60,642 nucleotides of DNA from Dehalococcoidia bacterium. Lineage in GTDB: Bacteria > Chloroflexota > Dehalococcoidia > SZUA-161 > SpSt-899. The notes below the pieces were generated by a model, which saw nothing but the letters and a program-made list of their open reading frames with translations, was not told the origin of the DNA and made no database searches. The position numbers were made by a program, and so were the translations under genes. Shown piece after piece: positions 47,855-55,663 of this stretch; position 1 is the stretch's first letter; each line of letters starts with the position of its first letter. The DNA lies in assembly GCA_028711995.1 (NCBI GenBank), contig JAQTRE010000004.1:1-60642 (forward strand), in the 5' to 3' direction.

Positions 47855-47927
47855 CCGTTCGTGCTGAGTTTGTCGAAGCATGAATGGATTCAACCAATTA
47901 CCCTTCGACGTAGCTCAGGGTGACCGG
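47855..47927. repeat. family B palindromic repeat, overlaps the spurious N-terminal extension of radA
   Basis: gatccgttcgtgctgagtttgtcgaagcatgaa...cccttcgacgtagctcagggtgaccgg. Confidence 0.8.
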
Positions 47928-47945
47928 AATTCAGGGCTATTAATC

Positions 47946-49289
47946 ATGGCAAAAACAAAAACCGTCTTCTTCTGTCAGAATTGCGGCCATGAAAGCATCA
48001 AATGGATAGGCTATTGCCCTCAATGCGAAGCGCGCAACAGCTACGTCGAAAAGACGATTGCCACCACCAGCAGCGGTAAGCCATCGGCCACAGCGCAGGA
48101 ACTCTCCCACATCTCGCTCGAGGATTCTCCCCGCTTAACGCTCCCGTTTTCCGAGTTCAATCGGGTGCTCGGAGGAGGAATTGTGCCTGGCTCTCTGATC
48201 CTGATCGGCGGTGATCCCGGCATCGGGAAATCCACTCTGCTGCTTCAAACAGCCTCAGCCATCGCCCAGAGAGAAAGCAAGGTCCTCTACGCATCGGGCG
48301 AGGAATCGGTTTCCCAGATCAAGCTGAGAGCAGACCGCCTGGGAGTAGCCGGGGAAAACCTCTTCGTTCTTCCCGAGACCAATATCGAAAACATTCTGGA
48401 TCACGCCCGGAAACTCTCTCCGCAACTGGCTGTGATCGATTCCATCCAGACCGTCTATCTGGAAGGCGCCGGAGCAGCCGGGAGCATCACCCAGGTTCGA
48501 GAGTGCACCCTTCGCCTCATGGAGTGGGGCAAAACGAGCAATGTCCCGATTTTCCTGGTAGGACACGTCACCAAAGAGGGAGCCATCGCCGGACCGCGTG
48601 TGCTGGAACACATTGTCGATGTTGTCCTTTACCTGGAGGGAGAACGTTTCAGCACTTATCGGCTCCTTCGCAGCGTCAAGAACCGATTTGGCTCTACGAA
48701 CGAGATCGGCATGTTCGAGATGAGAGATCGAGGCCTTGTTGAAGTGAGCGACCCGTCACAGGCGCTTCTCTCACAGCGAACCAGCGGATCTATCGGATCA
48801 GTGATTGTCCCCACACTGGAAGGGACCAGGCCGCTGCTGGTGGAAATCCAAGCATTGACCAATGCCACCAGTTTTGGATTGCCTCGCCGCACCGCCAATG
48901 GAGTTGACTTTAATCGGTTGCTGCTCATCGCTGCCGTCCTCTCCAGGCGAAGCCGCATTTCGCTGGCCAATCAGGATATCATCGCCAACGTTGCCGGGGG
49001 AATGAAGATCAATGAACCGGCAGCTGACCTTGGCATAGCTCTGGCCATTGCCTCCAGCTTCCGAAGCAAAGAAATCGATTCCAGACTGGTGGCTATCGGA
49101 GAAGTGGGACTGAGCGGTGAGCTGAGAGCCATCACACAGATGGGAAGGAGAATCGCCGAAGCAGCCAGGTTCGGATTTGAAACCTGCCTTCTTCCTTCCC
49201 CGATTTCTGCGGATTTCTCGCCACCAGCCGGGATTGAGCTTCGTCCGGTGGCCACGCTAACCGAAGCGCTGAAAGCAGCACTGGGCTGA
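47946..49289 (+). CDS. radA: DNA repair protein RadA/Sms
   Basis: MAKTKTVFFCQNCGHESIKWIGYCPQC zinc ribbon, GDPGIGKST Walker A, KNRFGSTNE motif, Lon-like C-terminal domain. The start at 47946 avoids the repeat-derived extension. Confidence 0.93.
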   Translation: MAKTKTVFFCQNCGHESIKWIGYCPQCEARNSYVEKTIATTSSGKPSATAQELSHISLEDSPRLTLPFSEFNRVLGGGIVPGSLILIGGDPGIGKSTLLLQTASAIAQRESKVLYASGEESVSQIKLRADRLGVAGENLFVLPETNIENILDHARKLSPQLAVIDSIQTVYLEGAGAAGSITQVRECTLRLMEWGKTSNVPIFLVGHVTKEGAIAGPRVLEHIVDVVLYLEGERFSTYRLLRSVKNRFGSTNEIGMFEMRDRGLVEVSDPSQALLSQRTSGSIGSVIVPTLEGTRPLLVEIQALTNATSFGLPRRTANGVDFNRLLLIAAVLSRRSRISLANQDIIANVAGGMKINEPAADLGIALAIASSFRSKEIDSRLVAIGEVGLSGELRAITQMGRRIAEAARFGFETCLLPSPISADFSPPAGIELRPVATLTEALKAALG

Positions 49290-49352
49290 CACTCTCCAAT
49301 TGACTTAAACCGGTCGCTCTGATATATTCTTTACAAACTTAAAGAGGATAAT

Positions 49353-50495
49353 ATGCCAACACGAGAACGCAGAACATTACGATTTGCTTATGGATTCGAT
49401 GACATCGCCATAATTCCCGGTGATATCACCATTAATCCCGACCAGACGGATATCGGGTTCGACTTGGATAGTTTGCACTTTTCCGCTCCCGTCCTGGCCG
49501 CCGCCATGGATGGGGTGGTAGATCCGAAAATGGCCATCGCCTTCACCAAAATCGGAGGCCTCGCCGTGCTGAACCTGGAAGGGATTCAGACCCGGTATGA
49601 TGACCCTGACGCCATCCTGGAGCAAATTGCCGTAACCCCTCAATCGGAGGTCACCGCGCTGCTCCAGAAAGTCTATTCCGCACCGATCAAAAATAACCTC
49701 GTCGGTGAGCGGATACAGGAGATCAAGAAGGGAGGCGGAGTGGCCGCCGTCTCGGTAACTCCGGCCCTGACCAAGCAACTCTATGGAATCTGCGGCGAGG
49801 CAGGAATGGATGTGCTGGTGGTTCAATCCACAGTTACTACCACCCGGCATATTTCCAAGAGTACAAAGGGCCTTGTTTTCTCCGAACTGCGCAAATGGGT
49901 CTCGACACCGATTATTGTGGGGAATTGCGTCAGCTACAATGTAGCCAAGGGTTTGATGGAAACAGGTATCAGTGCTGTTTTGGTGGGCGTAGGACCCGGG
50001 GCAGCATGTACTACCAGAGAAGTATTGGGTGTCGGCGTGCCGCAGGTCACCGCGACGATGGACTGCGCCGCTGCCCGTGACGACTACTTCCGCGAAACAA
50101 AGCGATACGTCCCCATCATCACCGATGGCGGCATTAGAGCCGGAGGTGACCTCTGCAAGGCTTTCGCCTGCGGGGCGGATGCCGTGATGCTGGGCTCGAT
50201 CATGGTGCAGACGGCTGAAGCTCCGGGAAGAGGCAGCCACTGGGGGATGGCAACCCCTCATGGCGCACTGCCGAGAGGGACGCGGGTAAAGGTGCCCGTC
50301 AACAGCACTCTGCAAAAGACCTTGTTTGGGCCAGCCACCGTTACCAACGGAACCCAGAACCTGATCGGTGCGCTTCGTACTTGTATGGGAGTCTGCGGGG
50401 CCAAAAACATCAAAGAGATGCACAAGGCCGAGATCGTTATCGCCCCGGCAATCAAGACCGAGGGGAAGCAGCTCCAAAGACTCCAAGCTCAATAA
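49353..50495 (+). CDS. guaB3: GuaB3-type IMP dehydrogenase-related protein (no CBS insert)
   Basis: 380 aa. FAYGFDDIAIIPGD.., GVGPGAACTTREVLGVGVPQ, ITDGGIRAGGDLCKAFACGADAVMLGS. Confidence 0.85.
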   Translation: MPTRERRTLRFAYGFDDIAIIPGDITINPDQTDIGFDLDSLHFSAPVLAAAMDGVVDPKMAIAFTKIGGLAVLNLEGIQTRYDDPDAILEQIAVTPQSEVTALLQKVYSAPIKNNLVGERIQEIKKGGGVAAVSVTPALTKQLYGICGEAGMDVLVVQSTVTTTRHISKSTKGLVFSELRKWVSTPIIVGNCVSYNVAKGLMETGISAVLVGVGPGAACTTREVLGVGVPQVTATMDCAAARDDYFRETKRYVPIITDGGIRAGGDLCKAFACGADAVMLGSIMVQTAEAPGRGSHWGMATPHGALPRGTRVKVPVNSTLQKTLFGPATVTNGTQNLIGALRTCMGVCGAKNIKEMHKAEIVIAPAIKTEGKQLQRLQAQ

Positions 50496-50521
50496 CAGGG
50501 CGATTTCAAGAGCCTGAATTC

Positions 50522-50547
50522 AAAGGGCGACCGTAATGGTCGCCCTT
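50522..50547 (+). terminator. intrinsic terminator after guaB3
   Basis: aaagggcgacc-gtaa-tggtcgcccttt hairpin followed by a pyrimidine-rich tail. Confidence 0.6.
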
Positions 50548-50613
50548 TCCTGTTATAGACATCTCTCCCGCTGAGTGCTAAACTTTAGCCACCTCATGCA
50601 ACGGGGTGGTCAT

Positions 50614-51630
50614 ATGCGCGAGGCAATCCTCTATGAGAAGCTGCCCGGCTCCAGAGTCCGTTGCCACGTTTGCCAGTGGCGATGTCTCATCCAGCCGGAT
50701 CAATATGGCCTCTGCCGGATGCGTCACAATATCGACGGCATTCTTGAGGTCTTGAACTATGGTGAGGTTTCCTCCGTAGCCGTCGACCCGATAGAAAAGA
50801 AACCGCTGTTTCACTTCCATCCCACAAGCAAGGTCTTTTCCCTGGGAAGCTGGGGCTGTAATTTCCGCTGTAAACACTGCCAGAACTGGCAGATATCCCA
50901 TCAGACTCAGGATAAAGCAGACCGCGATTCACAGAATATCCCCCCCCAGGAAGCAATCCGGCTCACCAGGCAATATGGATGTAAAGGCATCGCCTGGACT
51001 TACAATGAGCCCTGCATCTGGCTGGAATATACACTGGATTCGGCAAAATTGGCCAAAAAGGAAAACCTCTATACCGCCTATGTGACCAATGGATTCTTCA
51101 CCGAAGAGGCTTTGGACACCATGGGGCCTTATCTTGATGCATGGAGGGTGGATATCAAAGGCTTCAGCGACGCTCTCTACCAAGGGCTGGCCAAGGTGGT
51201 CAACTGGCGCAAAATTCTGGAAACAACCCGGCGTGCTCAAGAGAAATGGAAGATGCATGTGGAAGTGGTCACCAACATTATCCCCACGCTGAATGATGAC
51301 GATGAGCAGCTTGAAGGGATCGCAAATTGGATCAGAGCCGAACTGGGAGAACTCACCCCCTGGCATGTGACGCGCTTCTATCCGCAATACCAGATGCTGG
51401 ATCTTCCCCCAACGCCGGTATCGACCATCGAGCGCGCTTATGAGATCGGCAAGAAAGCAGGCCTTCGGTTTGTCTATGTCGGCAACATACCGGGACACCA
51501 GGGCGAAAGTACCGTCTGCTACTCCTGCGGTAAACTGGTGGTGGAGCGAGTGGGTTACCACACCAGGATCACCGGTCTCGACGGTTCTTCCTGCCAATTC
51601 TGCGGCGCGGATCTCAATTTCAGGAGATAG
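50614..51630 (+). CDS. amrS: AmmeMemoRadiSam system radical SAM enzyme
   Basis: MREAILYEKL..VRCHVCQWRC..CRMR, radical SAM motif GCNFRCKHCQNW, C-terminal CYSCG..C.FCG. Confidence 0.88.
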   Translation: MREAILYEKLPGSRVRCHVCQWRCLIQPDQYGLCRMRHNIDGILEVLNYGEVSSVAVDPIEKKPLFHFHPTSKVFSLGSWGCNFRCKHCQNWQISHQTQDKADRDSQNIPPQEAIRLTRQYGCKGIAWTYNEPCIWLEYTLDSAKLAKKENLYTAYVTNGFFTEEALDTMGPYLDAWRVDIKGFSDALYQGLAKVVNWRKILETTRRAQEKWKMHVEVVTNIIPTLNDDDEQLEGIANWIRAELGELTPWHVTRFYPQYQMLDLPPTPVSTIERAYEIGKKAGLRFVYVGNIPGHQGESTVCYSCGKLVVERVGYHTRITGLDGSSCQFCGADLNFRR

Positions 51631-51641
51631 AGGAGGTTGCG

Positions 51642-52448
51642 ATGGAAAGGAATCCGATAGCAGCGGGTAAGTTCTATCCGGGCACATCCTCTGAACTCGA
51701 AGCTCAGATAGAGACTTTGATCGACAACAATGTGCCCAAAGAGGAAGTCATCGGCCTGGTTTCACCTCACGCCGGATACATCTATTCCGGACCCGTAGCC
51801 GGAGCCACCTTCTCGCGCATCCAATTCACAGACACGTTCGTTATCATGGGGCCCAATCATTACGGAAGGGGAGCACCCTTCAGCATCATGTCCGAGGGCC
51901 ATTGGAAAACTCCCCTGGGCAAGGTGAAGATCGATTCAGACCTGGGCTGTCGGATACTAAGGAACTCCAGCTATCTTGAGGAGGACATCGAGGCACATCG
52001 CTACGAGCACTCCATTGAGGTTCAGGTGCCGTTCCTGCAGTATTTCAAGAGAGACGTTCACATTGTGCCGATCGTGCTCGGCCTTGCCGAGGGGGCCATC
52101 TATAAGGATATCGGCAAAGGCATCGCGAAGGCGATCAAGGATTCCGGCAAGGGAGCGGTGATCGTGGCCAGCAGCGATATGACCCATTACGAGCCTCAGG
52201 CATCGGCCAAAAAAAAGGATGCCCGGGCCATTGAGGCCATCCTTGATTTGGACGAGGATGAGCTGCTCAAGAGAATCCAGGAACTCAATATAACCATGTG
52301 TGGGTATGCCCCGACGATTGCCCTCATCGCCGCTGCCAAGGAACTGGGAGCCACGAAAGCAACCCTTGTCAGGTACCAGACCAGTGGTGATGTTAGCCGC
52401 GACTATGAAAGCGTGGTAGGCTACGCAGGGATACTCATGAAGGGGTGA
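51642..52448 (+). CDS. amrB: AmmeMemoRadiSam system protein B (Memo-like)
   Basis: 268 aa. AGKFYPG.., VSPHAGYIYSG, EHSIEVQVPFLQ, SSDMTHY. Confidence 0.9.
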   Translation: MERNPIAAGKFYPGTSSELEAQIETLIDNNVPKEEVIGLVSPHAGYIYSGPVAGATFSRIQFTDTFVIMGPNHYGRGAPFSIMSEGHWKTPLGKVKIDSDLGCRILRNSSYLEEDIEAHRYEHSIEVQVPFLQYFKRDVHIVPIVLGLAEGAIYKDIGKGIAKAIKDSGKGAVIVASSDMTHYEPQASAKKKDARAIEAILDLDEDELLKRIQELNITMCGYAPTIALIAAAKELGATKATLVRYQTSGDVSRDYESVVGYAGILMKG

Positions 52449-52451
52449 ATA

Positions 52452-52997
52452 ATGAGCGTGAAGAAGTCGCATCCCCTGGTGGAACTGGCCAGGCAATCGG
52501 TAGAGATGTATGTCCGCGATGGAGAGATACCCCGGCCGAAAGCATTAACACCGGAGATGGAGGAAAAGGGGGGAACATTTATCTCGATCCACAAAAGCGG
52601 ACAGCTTCGCGGATGCATCGGCACCTTCCAGCCCACCCGACGCAATGTGGCCGAAGAGGTCATCTACAACGCCATCAACTCAGCCACCGGAGACTACCGA
52701 TTCAGTCCGGTAACCCCTGAAGAACTTCCCGAACTGACCTACAAGGTCGATATCCTCACCGCACCAGAGCTGGTCAAAAACAAGGATGAGCTCGATCCCA
52801 AGAAATATGGGGTCCTGGTGGAATACCAAGGCAGGCGGGGAATACTCCTCCCCGACCTCCCAGGGGTAGACAGCGTAGACCAGCAGATTGAGATCGCCAG
52901 CGCCAAGGGAGGCATCCTGCCCACTGAACCGGTCAGGATTTACCGCTTTCAGGTCCGCCGTTTTGAAGAGGGCAAGCCATATCCAGATGAAGATTAG
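52452..52997 (+). CDS. amrA: AmmeMemoRadiSam system protein A (AMMECR1 domain)
   Basis: 181 aa. GTFISIHKSGQLRGCIGTFQP, DYRFSPV, GILLPDLP. Confidence 0.9.
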   Translation: MSVKKSHPLVELARQSVEMYVRDGEIPRPKALTPEMEEKGGTFISIHKSGQLRGCIGTFQPTRRNVAEEVIYNAINSATGDYRFSPVTPEELPELTYKVDILTAPELVKNKDELDPKKYGVLVEYQGRRGILLPDLPGVDSVDQQIEIASAKGGILPTEPVRIYRFQVRRFEEGKPYPDED

Positions 52998-53187
52998 TAA
53001 GTCCTGATCAACTCCTGTCCCCCTCATCAGGGAAATCACCAGAGGGCACGACAAATCGTCAGGCCCCTATTGCCCCCAGTCAATCGACAACAGCCGCTGC
53101 AATCGCCACAGCAACGGTGAGAAAAGCGAAGGTGCCATGCCATTTGACCACGGATCGATCGATCCACCCACGGTGGATTGATACACC

Positions 53188-53244
53188 TCAGGCTGCGGTG
53201 AGGAAAGCCAGAACCGCAGTGGCAATGCTCAGAGACGTCTCCAT
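53188..53244 (-). CDS. candidate 18-aa hydrophobic micro-ORF
   Basis: AAGGAGG, 5 nt, ATG. METSLSIATAVLAFLTAA*. A related GTG-initiated ORF lies at 53080..53151 (VKWHGTFAFLTVAVAIAAAVVD*). Speculative. Confidence 0.25.
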   Translation of the reverse strand: METSLSIATAVLAFLTAA

Positions 53245-53273
53245 TATTGCCTCCTTATAGATAGAGGTCGATG

Positions 53274-53369
53274 TGGCGGGAGCGAGGGGAGTCGAACCAC
53301 CACGAGCATCGCGAGATACCCGCCAACGGTTTTGAAGACCGCGAGCACCACCGGGCACCATTCGCTCCC
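53274..53369 (-). tRNA. selC: tRNA-Sec (anticodon UCA)
   Basis: The minus strand reads GGGAGCGAAUGGUGCCCGGUGGUGCUCGCGGUCUUCAAAACCGUUGGCGGGUAUCUCGCGAUGCUCGUGGUGGUUCGACUCCCCUCGCUCCCGCCA (96 nt). 8-bp acceptor stem GGGAGCGA/UCGCUCCC, G73 plus an encoded CCA, anticodon loop CUUCAAA, long variable arm, GGUUCGACUCC T-loop. The layout parallels E. coli selC. The T-stem has one U:C mismatch. Confidence 0.85.
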
Positions 53370-53374
53370 TAGAT

Positions 53375-54598
53375 TCAAACATGAGCAATTTCCCGACGCC
53401 ACATTGGGCCCAGAAAGGATTTTGCTAACCGTTTGCTAACCGAGACCTGTTCAATGCTGTCTTTCAGGCTCTCTTCAAATCGCAAGGCCGCTGCCTCTTG
53501 AATGCCTTCGGTCACATGACTGTACCTGTCCAACGTGATGCTTATCGTGCTGTGACCTAGCCTTTCACTCACAATCTTGGGATGGACGCCTTCCCGTAAC
53601 ATCAACGACGCGTGTGTGTGGCGCAGGCTCTTCAAGCTCAACTCGGGCTGGCCGATGTTCCGGGCGATGGTCTTGAAGCAGCGGGTAATGGTATAAGGCT
53701 TGATATAACTTCCGTCCGGCCGGGCGAAAACCAAGTCATTCGGTCTGAGCGGCAATCCAAGCTCCCGGCGAATGTTCTCTTGCGCTGCCTTATGTTCGCG
53801 CAACAGAAGCGCCACAGACGATGAGAGACTGATCAGCCGTTTGCCCCGCTTTGACTTGGGTTCCCGCAGGATAAATTCACCGTTGCGCAGCCGGTGAAGG
53901 CTCTCGACGACCGATAGGTGACACAGGTCCAAGTCAACCCGAGACCATTTCAAGGCCAGAATTTCGGATCGCCGCATTCCGGTGAATAAGTCGAGGTAAA
54001 ATACCACGTAATAGGGCGATTTCTGGGCCGCCTGCAGGAACCGGGTCACATGATCATGCTCGACCGTCACCATTTCGCAATGCTTGGGCTGGGGCGGTGT
54101 GCAGGCTGAAGCCGGATTCCGGGCAAGAAGACCTTGACGAACCGCCGTTTCCAAGGCGACATGCAAGAGGTGATGGAAGTGCAGCACGGTCTGAGCACTT
54201 AGTCCGCCCTTACCATCAACCCGCCCGACCTTCAGGGCCTTAGTGTAATAGCTTTGGATACGGGCCGGCTTCAAATCGGACAGAGGAATTCTCCCAAATT
54301 CGGGCACCAGGTGCAGCCGGATGATCTCCGCGTAGCGATCGGCCACTTGGGGAGATAGATTCACACTATAGTCTTGAATCCATTGCGTCAGAAACTGGCC
54401 CGTTGTCAGCTTTGAAGGCGAGACATAGGCACCGGTGTCCATCTCGTGAAGAACATCGGCGAGTTTTGCCTCCGCTTGCTTGCGGGTTCCTTGAACCGTG
54501 AGCCATTGCTGCTTGCGCTTCCCGGTTTCATCCTTACCCTGGTTGATGACCAGGCTCCAGGATCCTTTGCTGCGTTTGACCAGGTGTCCGCGTGCCAT
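53375..54598 (-). CDS. int: tyrosine-type site-specific integrase
   Basis: 407 aa. N-terminal arm-binding-like GHLVKRSKGSWSLVINQGKDETGKRKQQW, SAM-like core-binding domain, catalytic RRSEILAL...LRHTHASLML..GVHPKIVSERLGHSTISITLDRYSH (R..HxxR..Y). The stop is 5 nt from the tRNA-Sec 5' end. Confidence 0.93.
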   Translation of the reverse strand: MARGHLVKRSKGSWSLVINQGKDETGKRKQQWLTVQGTRKQAEAKLADVLHEMDTGAYVSPSKLTTGQFLTQWIQDYSVNLSPQVADRYAEIIRLHLVPEFGRIPLSDLKPARIQSYYTKALKVGRVDGKGGLSAQTVLHFHHLLHVALETAVRQGLLARNPASACTPPQPKHCEMVTVEHDHVTRFLQAAQKSPYYVVFYLDLFTGMRRSEILALKWSRVDLDLCHLSVVESLHRLRNGEFILREPKSKRGKRLISLSSSVALLLREHKAAQENIRRELGLPLRPNDLVFARPDGSYIKPYTITRCFKTIARNIGQPELSLKSLRHTHASLMLREGVHPKIVSERLGHSTISITLDRYSHVTEGIQEAAALRFEESLKDSIEQVSVSKRLAKSFLGPMWRREIAHV

Positions 54599-54634
54599 GA
54601 TACTCCCATTATATCCAATTTGCGGCCTTTGGTG

Positions 54635-55294
54635 TTACTTTGTCTTCTTCTTTCTTTTTGGAACCGGCAACGGTCCCCGCATTTCACATGGTTCAGATGT
54701 TTCTATCACGGTCCCCGCAAAGCTAACAAATAGCTTATCGTCCGGCTGGAGCTGTTTATAAGCCGACAGAAAAGCCTTCTGGTTCTGTTCGCTTTGCCAT
54801 GGCGCGTACCTCACGGCCATACTGACATAAGGCTCATGTCCACCGACACGCAATTCAGCCAAGGCTTTGGCATTTTCGAACGGAATCTCTGGGCAACGGC
54901 TCGCAATCTCAATCAGCTCAGCAGCCACCTTCTGACGAGTAGCATTGCCATTTGCCTCCGTTATGTCAACAAAGGCCAGCACCCACCCCGCTATCTCTGG
55001 GGATACCCCCTTTTTGATCAAACTCTGCACCGTCCAAGTAGATCCCGTTCCAGGCTTCCCGCCGGTTTTGGGCAGTTCCGGGGCCTTGGCTTCGTGGGTT
55101 AGCTGGACTGCGGTTTGTTTCAGTGTGATGGTGCCTTCACGCACCCCTCTTTCCCAGAGATAGAGTGTTTTTTCATGACGCGGTGCATTCTCGCCGAATT
55201 CCTCCTCTAGTATTTCAAGAACGTCCGAACGTTTCTTCGTTTTACGAAGCTCTAATGCCCTCTTGACGATATCTTCATTGCGAACCCGTGTCAT
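54635..55294 (-). CDS. hypothetical protein, occupies the repressor position next to int
   Basis: 219 aa. No motif recognised beyond a helical N-terminus and a basic tail PKRKKKTK. Co-directional with int and divergent from xis. Confidence 0.5.
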   Translation of the reverse strand: MTRVRNEDIVKRALELRKTKKRSDVLEILEEEFGENAPRHEKTLYLWERGVREGTITLKQTAVQLTHEAKAPELPKTGGKPGTGSTWTVQSLIKKGVSPEIAGWVLAFVDITEANGNATRQKVAAELIEIASRCPEIPFENAKALAELRVGGHEPYVSMAVRYAPWQSEQNQKAFLSAYKQLQPDDKLFVSFAGTVIETSEPCEMRGPLPVPKRKKKTK

Positions 55295-55386
55295 GATAAC
55301 CCCTATCCTAATACATACTTATCTACTTGCCATATAAATTACTATGTAATGCAATCATAATTATCTAAATGCCGTTTACGAATTCT

Positions 55387-55415
55387 ATATTATTGTTTTA
55401 GACTGGAACTGTCAA
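55387..55415 (-). promoter_or_regulatory. near-consensus leftward promoter in the AT-rich switch region
   Basis: The minus strand reads TTGACA (55415-55410), 17 nt, TAATAT (55392-55387). A weaker rightward TTGCCA-17-TGCAAT lies at 55327-55355, so the two would fire face to face. Confidence 0.4.
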
Positions 55416-55446
55416 GACTTAGCAATACCTGAGGGAGGTTCATAAC

Positions 55447-55629
55447 ATGGATAAAGTTCTGTTAACTCTGGAGGAAACGAGACAGCAGTATATCCCAGTG
55501 GGCAGAAATCGTATCTATGAGCTGGCAGCCGAAGGCAAACTACCCATCATTCGCTTCGGAAGGAAAATTTTTGTCAACCGTATCGCCTTGGAAAAAATGC
55601 TTGCAGAGGCTGCAAGTTCTGTTCAGTAA
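55447..55629 (+). CDS. xis: excisionase/AlpA-like helix-turn-helix protein
   Basis: 60 aa. LLTLEETRQQYIPVGRNRIYELAAEGKLPIIRFGRKIFVNRIALEKML is an HTH_17/MerR-like excisionase pattern. gagggagg SD. Confidence 0.8.
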   Translation: MDKVLLTLEETRQQYIPVGRNRIYELAAEGKLPIIRFGRKIFVNRIALEKMLAEAASSVQ

Positions 55630-55663
55630 CCCGAGGGGAGAGCTTGGATAGGAGGTGTTGTGA

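Noticed and set aside
49377-50492. 371-aa minus-strand ORF covering all of guaB3. Similar long antisense ORFs lie at 46655..47530 (clpC), 16861..17586 (ABC ATPase), 50929..51687 (amrS), 1566..2315 and 2319..2963 (ppdK), and 42778..43338 (brnT).
   Set aside because: They are shadow ORFs opposite genes with unambiguous homology, and their composition is Arg/Gly/His-rich and low-complexity.
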